64,000 nucleotides of DNA from assembly GCA_963844715.1 (NCBI GenBank), contig CAWJPJ010000007.1, forward strand, positions 512,001 through 576,000, written 5' to 3'. The position numbers and the translations under genes were made by a program. Positions 43,177 through 56,009 of the stretch are shown in pieces. Below the pieces are notes generated by a model that saw only the letters and a program-made list of their open reading frames with translations, did no database searches and was not told where the DNA came from. The stretch's first letter is position 1. Each line of letters opens with the position of its first letter. The stretch comes from an uncultured Phycisphaerales bacterium (GTDB lineage: Bacteria > Planctomycetota > Phycisphaerae > Tepidisphaerales > Tepidisphaeraceae).

Positions 43177-44810
43177 ATGGTCGATGTCCTGATTCAGACC
43201 CATAACGAAGAACTCAATCTCCCCCACACGCTGGCAAGCGTAAAAGGCTGGGTAAACCGCGTCTTTGTCGTCGACAGCGGATCGAACGACAAAACGCGCG
43301 ATATCGCCCTATCTTATGGGGCGTCGTTCGTTTCCAAGGAATGGCAGGGTTACGCCCGCCAGAAGAACTGGGCGCTGGACAATCTGCCGTTCGAATCTCC
43401 GTGGGTTCTGATTCTCGACGCCGACGAGCGGGTGAGTCCGGACCTCAAGGAGGAGATCCTCCAGATCGTCACGCGGCCCGCGCAGAATGCCCCGTGCACG
43501 GGGTATTTCATCAATCGAGTCACCATCTTCATGGGGCGGAAGATCTGGCATTCGGCCTTCTTCCCATCGTGGAATCTGAGACTTTTCAAGCGAGGCCTGG
43601 CGCACTACGAAGAGCGCGAAGTCCACGAGCACATGATCGTGCGCGGGCGGACGGGTTATCTTAAACATCTCATCCTGCATGAAGACCGGCGCGGGTTGGA
43701 ACATTTCATCGCCAAGCATAATCGCTATTCGACGCTCGAGGCGCAGGGAGATTTTCCGGCAGCGGCAGCGTTGGCCGGGATGGAAAAATTTCTGGAACGA
43801 CCGCGTTTCGCGCCGCCGCTATGTCAAATATCGCCTGGCGCCGAAGCTGCCGATGCCGTGGATGCTGCGGTTCATTTATATGTATTTCGTCCGCGGCGGA
43901 ATTCTCGATCGCAGGCCGGGATTGACCCTTTGCCTGATGATCAGCACGTACGAATTGTTCATTCGCGCCAAATATATCGAACTGGTTCGCACGGAGGGTA
44001 AAGACCCCATGGGCGTCAGCGGTCTGGCGCTGGAGGAAGGAACCAGCGAACTTCCGCTGGCGGCACTTTCGACGATGCTTCCCGCGCCGGAAGTCTTGAG
44101 AGAGATCGAAGCCGCCGCGGCGGGCCAGATCGGCGCGATCATGGAAACCGCGGCCCGGGGGCAGCCCACGCCGATCTCTCCCCCCAAGGATCCGGGCGGC
44201 GCGACGGCATATCCGCCGGAAAAACTCGCGCTCGCCCCCGACGTCGCGGCGGCACCCTCCGCGCCCGGATCACGCGTTCAAAAACAACTCAGCCCCTGGA
44301 GAAAGATGGAAAACATCAAACGAGCCTTGTGGATGTTGGCACGGACGTTGTTGTTCCGCCCATCGTTTCACAACTGGTACGGATTCCGCCGGTCGCTGCT
44401 GGTCGCTTTCGGCGCCAAGTTGGGCAAGGGCGTGCGCATTCGGCCGACGGCACTCATTGAGATTCCGTGGAACTTGGATCTCGGCGATGACGTAATCATC
44501 GGCGACTACGCAATCCTCTACTCGCTGGGGAAGATAACCATCGGCCGGGGGGCGATTATCAGTCAGTATGCCGCATCTGTGCGCCGGCACTCACGATTTC
44601 ACCACGCGTCGTTTTCCGTTGCTGAAGCCGCCGATTGTGATAGGTGAGGAGGCCTGGATCGCCGCCGATGCTTTCGTGGGTCCGGGCGTGAAGATCGGAG
44701 ATCGCGCCGTAGTCGGGGCCCGAGCGACGGTGGTGAAGGACGTTCCCGCCGACCAGGTGGTCATTGGTCCGGCCGCAACATTCCTTAAACCTCGCGAATT
44801 GCGAGATTAA
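43177..44810 (+). CDS. GT2 glycosyltransferase apparently fused to a WcaF-like acetyltransferase (two frameshifts)
   Basis: VVDSGSND, LILDADE, KHNRYSTLE; later RRSLLVAFGAKLG, IPWNLDLG, LCAGTHDF, AFVGPGVKIG hexapeptide repeats. Confidence 0.8.
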
Positions 44811-44998
44811 AGGATTAAATTGCAACTTCGGCGCTATGAATCTAAAATACTTGGAGTTTTCGAGGAAAACTTTGCCAGTTTAGGCCGCTTGGGATTCCAA
44901 ATAAGAGTATGATCGCGGCGTTATAACCGTACGGAGGCGGAGGCAGAACGAAGGGGGGCGGGCGATTCGCGGCATTTTTTCGGCCGCGTCGGGATGTC

Positions 44999-45853
44999 AT
45001 GCATCGACAAGTTCAAAGAGCGTTCGCGGACTACCTGTTTGCCATATGTACAGTCGTAGCGGCGGGCGCTTGCGTAATCGCGACCTCGCACTTCGATCCC
45101 CGCTTCAGAAGCCACGGAATTTTCGGATTTTTCTTGATCGCCGTCGCGTTGACCGCGTGGCGCGCCGGATTCGGGCCGGCGCTGCTGGCCATTATTCTCT
45201 CGGTGGGTACGGCTTCATACATCTTTATGCCGCCGGTGCGTTCGTTCAAGATGGAAAGCCCCGACGATGTCGCGCGCGTTGTTATATTTGTCATCGTGGC
45301 GATCATCATTAGCTCGCTGCACGTCGCGCGCGAGCGCGTGGAGAAAAAGCTCCAACAAAGCGAGCAGCGCCTCGGCTTCGCTCTTGAATCGTCCGGGGTG
45401 GGTTGTTGGGATGCGGACATCAAAGAGGGCCAGTTCTGGCGGTCTTCCAATCTGCCGGGCCTGTACGGTCGCAGCGAGTCGGATTTTGCGACAACTTACG
45501 AGGGATTTTTCGCCTACATCCATCCTGAAGATCGGGATTTTTTCCGGCTCGCCAGCGTCCAGGGCGGGCTGGTCTCGCGGACCTACGAGATCTCTCACCG
45601 GGTTGTGTGCAGCGACGGCACGTTCCGCAGGCTGCACACTCGCGGGAAAATGTATCTCGACCGCGAAGGGAAAATCGATCGCATGGTTGGGGCCGTCTAC
45701 GCGCTGGATGCGCCGCCGTTGAGGCCCGGCATTGCCGCCGCGCTTCAGGGGCGAGAGCCCGCACTGAGCGGCTTGACGGGCGCCGGCGAGTCCGAGAAGG
45801 CTCGTCCCCCGATGGAAAGCGTCGGCGAAATCAGTTCGGCGCCGCCCGCTTAG
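44999..45853 (+). CDS. membrane sensor: DUF4118-like TM domain plus PAS domain, no output domain
   Basis: AVALTAWRAGFGPALLA..YIFMPP; SEQRLGFALESSGVGCWD; IHPEDR; HRVVCSDG. Confidence 0.75.
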   Translation: MHRQVQRAFADYLFAICTVVAAGACVIATSHFDPRFRSHGIFGFFLIAVALTAWRAGFGPALLAIILSVGTASYIFMPPVRSFKMESPDDVARVVIFVIVAIIISSLHVARERVEKKLQQSEQRLGFALESSGVGCWDADIKEGQFWRSSNLPGLYGRSESDFATTYEGFFAYIHPEDRDFFRLASVQGGLVSRTYEISHRVVCSDGTFRRLHTRGKMYLDREGKIDRMVGAVYALDAPPLRPGIAAALQGREPALSGLTGAGESEKARPPMESVGEISSAPPA

Positions 45854-47009
45854 CGACGTGCGCGTCGTAAGCCCGAATCATTTGCCCGGCGACGCTCGGC
45901 CAGGTGAATCGGCTGGTTACCAACTCGCGACCCGCTTTTCCCATCATTGAAGCTTGCTCGGCGCTGCCCAGAACCGTCATCAATCCGGCCGCGATATCGG
46001 TCGCGTTCAGGTCGGTAATCACGCCGGCGCCGGCTTCCCGCACTTCGGGGAAGTGGCAGCTTGTGGAGATCACCACCGGCGCCCGGCAGGCCATCGCCTC
46101 GGTCACCGCCAGGCTGAACCCTTCCTGGCGGCTTGGAAGACAGAAGCAATCGCAATCCACCAGCGCCGAAAGCTTCTCCGGCCCATAGATCGGGCCGATC
46201 AAATGGACCTTGTCCTCCAAGCGCAGACGCCGAATCTGGGATTCAAAATCCGATTTCGCCCCGCCATCCGGTCCGGCGATCACGAGCTGCGCTTCGGGAT
46301 ATCGAACCGCCACCTGTGCGAACGCATCGGCGAGAAAATCCAAACCTTTTTTGTAATGAAGACGCGACAGAAAGAGTACAAACGGCCGGTCTCCCAGCCA
46401 GGGCCGCGATGCTCGAAAGCCCCCCTCGGCGGGGAGCGGATCCAATTCTTCCAGGAAAATTCCGTTGGGAATGACCTCGGCTTTGGCGGTAAGCCCGAGG
46501 TCTTTAACCAGATCGCGCTCGTCGGTGTTAAGGAAATGCAGGAACGCGGCGCGATTCAACATTTTGCGATATCCGAGAATGAGCGCCAGCCGTTTCTTCC
46601 AGCCTTTTTGGGAGATTGCCCAAGGGTCCAGCATTCCGTGGGGCGTCAGAACGTAGTCGATTCCGAGCTTCTGCGCTTCCGATGCGGCGGCATAAATCAA
46701 CGGATCCCACACACCGTGCAGGTGGATCACGTCGGCGTTGCCGACCAGCGGTTCCAGGCGCTTTCTAGCGTCCAGGGCCAGAAACCTTTCCTTTCGGGTC
46801 AGCGGAGGAAGGAAATCGAGACGAACGCTGGCGATGCCGGGAATCGTGCCCAGATCGGCTTCGACGTTTGCCTGCGCGTCGGGGAAGCGATAGCTGACAA
46901 GGTTGACCTGGCAGCCGGCGGCGGATTGCGCCGCCGCCAGGCGCGCCGCAACGACCGGCGGGCCACCGGTTGCCGGGTCCAGCGAGGGAATGACGTGTGA
47001 CACTCTCAT
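45831..47009 (-). CDS. glycosyltransferase family 4
   Basis: GGP, TPHGML, IPNGI, LFLSRLHYKKGLD, LPSRQEGFSLAVTEAMA. Confidence 0.92.
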   Translation of the reverse strand: MRVSHVIPSLDPATGGPPVVAARLAAAQSAAGCQVNLVSYRFPDAQANVEADLGTIPGIASVRLDFLPPLTRKERFLALDARKRLEPLVGNADVIHLHGVWDPLIYAAASEAQKLGIDYVLTPHGMLDPWAISQKGWKKRLALILGYRKMLNRAAFLHFLNTDERDLVKDLGLTAKAEVIPNGIFLEELDPLPAEGGFRASRPWLGDRPFVLFLSRLHYKKGLDFLADAFAQVAVRYPEAQLVIAGPDGGAKSDFESQIRRLRLEDKVHLIGPIYGPEKLSALVDCDCFCLPSRQEGFSLAVTEAMACRAPVVISTSCHFPEVREAGAGVITDLNATDIAAGLMTVLGSAEQASMMGKAGRELVTSRFTWPSVAGQMIRAYDAHVAKRAAPN

Positions 47010-47167
47010 CCGATCGCTATTGAATTATCCTTATGCATGCTGGACCAGAGACTCGCACCGGCTATCTCGTAAGATTGTGGACGGATCGCGACACCGGCCG
47101 TATTCTACCAAGCAAGAATGGCGCATCCTATCCGCCAGCGAGGCCCGGGAAGCGGAGTTAAGGCGTA

Positions 47168-49416
47168 GTGAGAAGCGTATTTAAGCCCATCGGCCGCGCG
47201 GTCAAATACGGCGTGCTCAAGCGGCGCGCCGAGCGCGCAAGTCGCCAACCTTCCTGACAAACCGCGTCCGGATTTGCCCAGGGCCGCGTTTCTGATCGGC
47301 TGTGGAAGATCGGGAACCACAATCGTCGGGGAAATCCTGGATCGGCATCCGCAGATCAAGTACTACTTCGAGCCTTACCACCTCTGGGCGACGATCGACC
47401 CGAATATCGACGTCCTGAATTTGTACCACTCGGGCTCGGCGCGTTTTCTTCTGGACGCCAAGAATTTCCATCCGGACGCCCAAAAGCGATTCAATCGGTT
47501 GATCCTCGAACCGGCCATGGATGCGGGAAAGTCCGTCGCCGTCGAGAAAACCCCGTTTAACGCGGTGCGGATCGGCTATCTCGACCAGCTCCATCCGGGC
47601 GCCAAATATGTTCATCTGATTCGCGACGGCGTGGATGTGGCCCGCTCGATCGACCGTCTTTCCAAAGACCAATCGTATCGAATTGTCGGCAAGCCGGCTC
47701 TCAATCGCTGGTGGGGGCGCAGCGGATGCAAGTGGACAGCCCTGGCCGAAGATGGGGTTGAGGCGGGCTATTTTCCCGACGAAGTGCGCTCTGCTGCGCA
47801 GCTACGCCTCCAAAGGGGCATACGAATGGGTGGTGAGCCTGGGCGAAGTGGACCGCTGGCGCGACCGGCTCGGCGACCGGTTGCTCGAGATGACGTACGA
47901 CTACCTGACCGCCAATCCTGAGATAGCGATCAAGCGCATCTGCGAATTCCTGAGTTTGCCCGTTATTACGCCCTGGCTGCAAGCATCGATGCGCAGGATT
48001 GACGCCGCGCGGCGGAACCGAGGCGAACCGCTCGTCCTGCCGCCGCGAGTTTGCGAGACCTTCAACCAGCTTCAGGAGCGATACGGCTTCCTCGGCCGCG
48101 CCGTTCCGGGGATGCCCTGGGAATCGAAGGTCCAGATCGCCATCATATCCAACGAACCGACGCCCTATCGCGTGCACGTCCTCAATCGGCTCTCGCGGGA
48201 ACTTCCCGGTGTTCACGTGCACAACGTCTTCACCCACACGATTTCCAATCCGAGCATGCCGTGGGAGATGCAGATCGGCCCCAACGTCAATCCGGTTTTC
48301 TTTCCGCGGCATCACCTGCGTGTGCACAGGCCGGCGTCCTTTCGTTCAATCCCGCTCTTTTTGGCGATTCGAAGCTACCTTCGCACCAAAGACGTGCAGA
48401 TGGTGATTCTGCTCGGTTACAACGATCTGACCCGCATGCTGCTGATGATGTGGATTCGCCGTCGCGGGATCCCAATGCTTCTGGCGGGTGATTCCAACGT
48501 TTTTGCCGAGGGAAGAATTTCGTCGCTGGTGCGATTCATCAAACGCCGGTATGTCGGCTGGGTGCTCAAGCAGGTCAACGGAATCATGCCGATGGGCACG
48601 TGCGGGCGGGCGTTTTTCCGGCTTTATCGCGATCACAATCTCCCCGAATTTCTCTTCCCGTACGAGCCGGATTACTCAGGGCTTCGACGGCCTGATCCCG
48701 CTAAATTAAAGTCCTTCGGCGAAAAGTACGGCTTAGCGCCGGATCGAAAGCGATTGCTCTACTGCGGCCGGCTCGTCCGCGTCAAAAGGGTCGACGTAAT
48801 CCTTCAGGCTTTTGCGCGAATCGCGACGGCCCGACCGCAATGGGATTTGGTCATCGCGGGTGACGGGCCGCTGCGAAAGGAATTGGAAAAGCGTTTCCCG
48901 CCGGTTTTGAAGAATCGCGTGAAGTGGCTGGGTTTTCTTCAATTCGATCAAATTATCCTTTCGTATCACGCATGCGATGTCCTGGTTCATGCCAGCGAAT
49001 ATGAGCCGTGGGGATTGGTGATCAATGAGGCGGTGGCGTGCGGATTGCCGGTGATTTCCACATCGGTGGTGGGAGCGGCGGTGGAACTGGTCCAGCATCA
49101 GCGCAACGGCCTGATCGTTCCGCCGCGAAACGTCGAGGCGCTTACCGATGCGATGTGGCAGATAACCCAGGGCGATCGCTATCAAGAAATGAGCCAGCAT
49201 TCGGCCGAAATGCTCGACGCCTGGCGAAAAGGCGCCGACCCGGTGGACGGCGTTGTGCAGGCGATGCGTCATTTTGCATTGATCTGGCGCGAGCCGGCGG
49301 GTCAGCCCGCGCCGTCAGGGTCGGACATCGAGACGGTTGCCGCCGGCGCCGTACAGCGCCGGTGGCCGCACAATCGGGTTCGTGAGATCGGCGCTCAAAT
49401 GGCGGTTCAATCGTGA
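47168..49416 (+). CDS. sulfotransferase domain apparently fused to a GT4 glycosyltransferase (frameshifts; start uncertain)
   Basis: IGCGRSGTT (5'-PSB), EKTP, HLIRDG.DVARS (3'-PB); then NEPTPYR, YCGRLVRVKRVD, SEYEPWGLVINEAVACGLPVI. Confidence 0.8.
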
Positions 49417-50446
49417 TCAGAATTCATTTCTCTGGTTTTCGCGCCGGTTTGGAGCCACTCGATCTGGCCTGCGCGTTGGGGGTCGGCGGTTTTCCGCCCC
49501 AACGCGGCCCGAAAGGCCCTGAAGAGGGGAAGAACGATCGACTCAATCGCGAGGCGAGAAACCATTTCGAAGCGGTTGACGCCGATCGCGCCGATGTTTT
49601 TTTCTTTCCGTACCGGGCCCACGATTTTCCCGACGACGTCGGGGGCGCCTCAGCCGAGGCAGCGCGTCGCGGGGTTCCGTTTGTGTGCCTTTCGTGGGGA
49701 GATGCCGACGATCCGATTTCGCTGTCGCACGGGATGGTTTTGCGGCATTCACTATACCGCGACCGGCTTCTTCCCTGCGAGCGAGCGGCGCCGGCGCCGT
49801 GCTCGGATCCCCTTGCCGAACTGGGACGGCGTCTTGGAGATCCGCGAGAAAAAAGAATTGCCCTCGGTCGGCTTTTGCGGATATGTGAGCAATCCGCTGT
49901 ACCGGGCGGCGTATCGCCTGACCGGACGGGTCGAAAAAGCGCGAGGTTTGTCTCTTCGCGCCGCCGCGCTGGCGGCGCCTGCGCCGAACGCCGGGGCTGC
50001 GGACGGATTTCCTGACGCGGAATGCCTACTGGGCCGGCGCGGTGAAAGCAGGCGGCCCCGATCCTCAGATCAAATTTCGTGCCCGCGCCCAATTCCTGGA
50101 AAATCTGATGGGCAACGATTACACGCTTTGCATCCGGGGGGCGGGGAATTTTTCGTATCGTCTTTACGAGACCCTCGCCGCCGGACGCATACCGCTTTTC
50201 ATCAACACGCAATGCGTTCTGCCGATGGAGGATCGAATTGACTGGAAAAGCCATTGTGTTTGGGTGGAGGAGTCGCAGATGTCCGAGGCGGGGGCGATTC
50301 TCAAGGCGTTTCACGCCGCTCTCACGCCGGAAAGATTCGCGGATCTACAGCGCCGGAACCGGGAATTGTGGGAGCGATCGCTGAATTCGCTCGATTTTTA
50401 TCGCGAATTACTCGAAAGCATGGTTGCGCCGAAAACGGCGGCTTGA
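49413..50446 (+). CDS. exostosin-like (GT47-type) protein (frameshifts)
   Basis: PSVGFCG; YTLCIRGAGNFSYRLYETLAAGRIPLFI. Confidence 0.75.
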
Positions 50447-50456
50447 TAAAGCCCTT

Positions 50457-51624
50457 CTATTTGCCGAAATATCGCTTCAAAGTCAGGGCGTGCTTTTCCA
50501 GCAGATTCCAACTTGCGAGGGCAAGAAGGATCGTCGTAACCATGCACAGTGCCGCAAACGTGAGCGGCACCAGGATCGACGCATGAAATCGCGCTCGCAG
50601 AATAGGCAGCAGAAGGTTGGCCGCCGCGGTCACCACCAGGGGGTGAATGATATACAGCCCGTAGGAGTATTTGCCGAAGAACGCCAGTATTCGGCCGTTG
50701 AGAATTCTGTAAAGCAGCGTTTTGGGCTGCAGTTACAGCGGTTGCCATGATTCCGCCGCACATAAGATCAAGAAAGAAAAAGCCAAAGGTGCTCATTTTG
50801 TGGCCGTTGAAGCTGGTATCCCAGCTCCAAAGGATTGCCAGAACGAAACCGGCCGTCCCCAGGATAATGAAGGCGCGCGTCCAGGTTCGGATCGACTCCA
50901 GCCCGCGGTTTTTATAGACGACCGCTAATCCCGCGCCGATGCATAGTCCCTCGAGCCGGCAGGGCGTCAACGTGTAGAAAAAGAGCGAGTTTCGCACGCC
51001 ACAGCGCCACGCGATGCATCGAAGCGCAAGAGACCCCGCGATGAGCGCATAAATGATCCACGGTAAAAGACGCGGCCGAATAAAGCGAATGACCGTCGGC
51101 CAGCATAAATAGAAGTGTTCCTCGACGGCCAGAGACCAGAACAATCCCATTGCCGGGAAAATCCAGCCGCGCCGCGCAACCAAGTAATTGGCGCCATAAA
51201 AAACCCACCATGGCCAGGTTGCGACGGTTCGGTCCAGATGGGGAATAATCCGGTTGCCGCTGATTTTGTAAATCAGCAGCATCGCCAGAAGGAAGACGTA
51301 ATAGAGCGGAAAGATGCGAAGCGCCCGGCGAGCGTAAAAGTTCGAGAAATACTTGGGCGCATTTCGCGCGTCCAGCAAAATTCCGGTGATCAGGAATCCG
51401 GAGATGACGAAAAATAAATCAACGCCGATCCAGCCGACGTGAAACGGTTTGAAGATTCTTGCGAATCCCGACTCGTTACTGAAATGAAATCCGAGCACGC
51501 CCAGGATGGCGACCCCGCGGAGGCCGTCCAGCCCGGGGATGATTTTTTGCGCGGACTTGCCCGGGTGGGCCGACAGGATTTCCCGCGACTGGTTCGAAGG
51601 TGAGTCGGCGAGGGACGAATTCAA
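50457..51624 (-). CDS. acyltransferase-3 (OafA-like) O-acyltransferase (frameshift near 50700)
   Basis: LDGLRGVA, GVDLFFVISGFLIT, FYARRALRIFPLY, WSLAVEEHFY, SYGLYIIH. Confidence 0.9.
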
Positions 51625-51660
51625 GCGGACGGGCTCCCAATCGCAAAATGCTCCGCGACA

Positions 51661-52859
51661 TCAGCGCGCCTTCCACGCACGCAAAACATTTTTGACGCGT
51701 TCGGGCACATAGGCGCGCAGGCCACGGCTAAATGCGCGCGGGTAATTCCAACGTCGTATATCCAACGGCGGGGCGACGAATGGCGGATTTTGCCTCAGGT
51801 CGGAAAACAGTTTTTGCCAAACGGTTCCGGCCGTGAGGCAATCAAATCTTATCCTCACCTCCTCGATGGCGGCATCCGAACAACGGCGCAACAGTTGCCG
51901 ATCTTCGGCCAGCTTTCTGATGTGCCCGGCGGCAGCCGCGGGGTCATCAACCGGGAAAAGGAAACCGGATTTTTCCGCCGTAACGACATAGTCGGTGATT
52001 CCGCGAAGTTTGGAGCATACCGGAACGCATCCCGCGGCCATGGCTTCCAGAAGAGTCGCCGGCAGACCCTCGTAGCGCGTGGGAAAAACGAGGACATCAT
52101 GCCCCATCAGCATGCGCGGGATATCATCCTGTCTGACCGCCGGGTGAAATGTCACGCGCGAGCCGAACGCTTGGCAACGGCGACGAAGTTCTTCCAGATC
52201 GGGACCGTCGCCAATCACGCTTAGAGTCACATCCAGATCCGACAGTTTCTGCATGATGCGCGGCAAATTGAATATTCCCTTTTGCCCTTCGGCGATGCGC
52301 CCAAAGTAGACCAGTCTTAAAGATGTTGAAGACGAACGCTCAGGCAGGGCTTTGAACGGGGTGAGATTGATCGCCCCGCAAACAATCGTCCAGTTTGGAT
52401 TGAATCCGTACTGTTCCAGCAAATCGTCGCGCATGCGCGCGCCAGCGCCACGGTGGCGTGAATGGAATCCCGCACGGCTCTACAGAGCCGATAGGTCCCG
52501 CTTCCCATCATGCCGACGACCACTACGCGGCGGACGGTTTCCGGAAGGTACCGAGCCACATTCATTAAGCTGCGATCCTGCGGGAAATTGTTAACGATGA
52601 CGTCGTATTCTTGATCGAGGATGTGGCGGACGACGGTCTTGCCGATCGTGTCCTGATCGACGGTGTCTCCGGCGACGACCTCACCGAACGGGGATTCGCA
52701 TTGCCACGCCGGGTCGCGCATGGTATCGGCAGCCCATCGGCCGTGCCCGATCCAACGAATCGCCAGGCCGTGCGCTGCCAGGCCGGTACGAATGTTCCGA
52801 TAAAGGGTGAAATGTCCGTAGGGTCCGGGCGAACCGAGATACCCGATTTTCATCGTCAA
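51661..52859 (-). CDS. glycosyltransferase family 4 (frameshift)
   Basis: YFGRIAEGQKG; FPTRYEGLPATLLEAMAAGCVPV. Confidence 0.88.
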
Positions 52860-54495
52860 GCCGCCTCGGCGGGGGAATAGACTGGGGCGCCTGAGCCGGC
52901 GAAGGCGCGGATGACCAGAATGCCGATGGTGCCGAAGAGAGTGCCGATCAGAACCGGATACAGGTCATGTGGCGTGAGATCGCGAAAGGCGCGGAACAGG
53001 TAGGTGGCCACGCCCAACGAAAGCATCAGCGCGAAAGGCTTATGAAGATTGACAAAAAGGCATCGCTCGGCGATTTTGCACCAGTATCCGAACAGGAGGC
53101 CCATTTCGATAACGCCTGGCCAGCCATAGTTCATGTATGCCAGGGCGGAGATGGAGGGGGCCACGGTTCCCCCACCTTTTGAGTTGCCCTGCTCATCATT
53201 GGTGGCGGTGCCACCGCTCATTTGCTGGTTGTACCAACTGCCGACCGCCGTTGCGCCGGGCTTGTCGTGCCATAGAGGCGCGGGATCCAGCCGATTCCGA
53301 ATCGAAACGCCACGTCCGGATAGGGCATGACAAATTGAGCGCCGGGAAAGTAGTCCGAAACAAAGTTGAATTCTGTCGGAAAGGATTGGTATCCCAGCAA
53401 CCCTTCACTGAACATGTCGTTGCCGCGGTTCTGGAATAAGCCGATGTTGGAGACGGATAACTCCGACGAGGCGAAGCCTTCGTTTCGATATTTTCCCTGG
53501 ACCTGCACAAAAAACAGCGCGGTGAGCATAACAATCGAGGTGTATAGAATCGCGCGCTTGCTGAATCGCCTTAGATAAGCGGCCGCCCGCGTGGAATATT
53601 GGAGGAATATGACGCCGGCCGCCGGAAGCACGTTGAACAGAAATTCGCCGCGCGATCCGCCGCCGAAACTCAAAAGCGTCCAGTAAAGCCAGATCGCGAG
53701 ACAGATGACTTTGCTGGTCCTGCCTCCGGGGATCATGATGAAATAAAAGAAGGCCAGAAGACCGCCGGTTTCGCCGATCTGAACCACCTGCGCCAGATAG
53801 CCGCCCCAGCTATAGTTGTAGTTTCCTGTGCGGCCGGCCGTGAACTGAACGCCGACTCCGGATCGCCCACCAATAATGCCATCGTAAATGTTGACAAAAA
53901 AGTTTCCGCGAGTGAAGAAGACGTAGGGGATAAGTCCAACGGCGAACATGAGCAAGATCGCGAGAAAGTAAGTTCGGCTGGAAGGCGGTTCGGGAATGCG
54001 GTAAGTGAGCCGTACGATCCACCGCGGAGGCTTAAGCAACAATCCGACCGAAGCGGACATGACGAACAACAACGTAAAGAACGCCGCCTTGGCGACGGTG
54101 CCGCGGCTGTACTCCGCAAGTCCGCCCGCGTAATTCAGGTTGAACCAATGGACCATGTAGTCGTTCATGTACCAGACTAGAGTTCCGCCGAAGAGAACCA
54201 ATCCCCCTACACCGAAGCGGCGAGAGAAGGACCGCATTTCGGCCAAAACGAAAACTATGCACACGACCATGGCCGAGAACATTGCAAAGTCGGTCAGGAG
54301 AGGAGTTCCATTGGACAGCCACGAGATGCCTGCAAAAAGGACTGGCACCCCAAATAGAAGCGGAATCCATTTTGGCCGGTCCGCGGGGGCGGAAAAGGGT
54401 GATGCGGCCGCGTGCGTCTGCACGGGTGCCCCGGCGGCATAGTCCATTTCCGGCGCGCCGTATTCCGGGATGTCGTCGATGGAGAAGTCGGTCAT
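52856..54495 (-). CDS. multi-TM polysaccharide polymerase (Wzy-like; frameshift)
   Basis: About 10 TM segments, GGSRG loop, WIPRL..KP-type motif, NYGWPG; located within the GT cluster. Confidence 0.65.
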
Positions 54496-54576
54496 TTTAG
54501 CGGTTCCGCAGCCAATTCATCGGTCGAGTAAGCATTCCCCTCCAGCGTGCGGCCGCCGTGCCAAGCTGTAGGTCCC

Positions 54577-54604
54577 ATTATAACACCGCGGCCCCTGCCG
54601 GCAA
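54577..54604 (-). promoter_or_regulatory. sigma-70 promoter for the wzy-like operon
   Basis: Minus strand TTGCCG-16 nt-TATAAT with an extended TG. Confidence 0.6.
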
Positions 54605-54693
54605 AAAGGACTTTGCGGAAGAGGGGATCGCATTTATCGGGGTAAAAACGGTCTCTCCACGGCTTTTCACGCGCGTTGGGGCAAGAAGTTACA

Positions 54694-55950
54694 TTACTTT
54701 ACCAGCCGATCAAAAAAGTCGCTCAGCCTGGCCTGGTATGCCCCCAGGTCGTACGCTAGGAGATTTTGCCTCGCCGATTCCCCCATTTGGCGCAGCAAAT
54801 CGCGATCGTCATCCAGGCGTCGGATGTGCTGCTCAAATGGGTCCGCCTCGTCGTACCGGCAGATAAAGCCGTCCAAGCCGTTGCGAATGCGCGATCCGCT
54901 GTTGGGAGTCGTCAGGACGGGCAACCCAGCCCCCATCGCCTCGAGGACGGCGACGGCCGACCCTTCGCACGTCGAAGGGAAGAAGAAAACGTCGAAACGG
55001 CGCATCCACTCCAATGCCTCGGAGCGCGGCACCGCGCCGGTCAGTTTTACCCGACCCGAAAACGCCTCCAGTTTTTCCGGCGAGAGCATGATTTTGCCCA
55101 CCATTACAAATTTTACTTTTTGCGGATCGAAACGTCTGGCGACTTCGAGAAACCAGGGCGCAGCCCTTGCGCAAGCCGACAGCGCCAACAAACCCAACCG
55201 TCAACGGACCGGCTTTTTTCTCGCGCGGCGGCCGGCCGCCCGAGGGGTCCTGCCAGGGATACGGTATCACCTCGATTTTCTCCGCGGAAATTCCCACCGA
55301 CACCAGCCCGTCCCGGACGTACTCGGAACTGCATGTGACACGGTCCAGCTCGGCCCACGTCTCCTGCTCGAAGCGCAGATATTCCGGATGAAGGTCGATC
55401 GCCTCCTGGTCGCTCCATCCCGGCCATCGCTCGATTTGCCGTTTCATTTCCGCGACTTCCACTTCCAGGGCGCGATCATTTGGTCGCCCGCGGTGCGCAT
55501 TTGCCGCTCGCGCGCGGCGCGGAATGTTTCTGGCGCGGCGTTTCGTATGAACCCGTAGAGCGCGTTGGCTTGGCCGAACCCATTCCGCAGCACCCATTTT
55601 GCCGTTTCGTGCGATGCCCAGATGTAGGAGTCCTCACTGGTCGGAAAATGGGGCATCCGCATGCGAAGCCGCAGCGCCATGATCGTGTTGGAGACCATCC
55701 GCGCCGGATCGAGCTGCGGGCAGCTTCGCTCGAGCATTTTTCTGCCCAGTGCTGGGCGCACGTGGCTTACCAGCCGCGCCAGCACTTCCTGCGCCGATCC
55801 GCGGCGAACAAACCAGTCGATGTAAGCGCGCTCCAGGATTCCGGCCTCCTGGAGCGCCAGGGGGACCAGATATCCAAGACGCGCGCCGTCCTGGATCATC
55901 GCCACTCGTGGCTGGGTAGGAAGGGCCGATCGGCCCGCGCGAGGTGTCAT
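54694..55950 (-). CDS. glycosyltransferase family 4 (two frameshifts)
   Basis: GARLGY; VGFVGAVGLRKG; FPSTCEGSAVAVLEAMGAGLPVLTT. Confidence 0.85.
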
Positions 55951-56009
55951 CTTCACCGGGGTCTATCATATAATCCCCGCGCACCTGGACAAGTTCATCC
56001 GGAGAGTCA

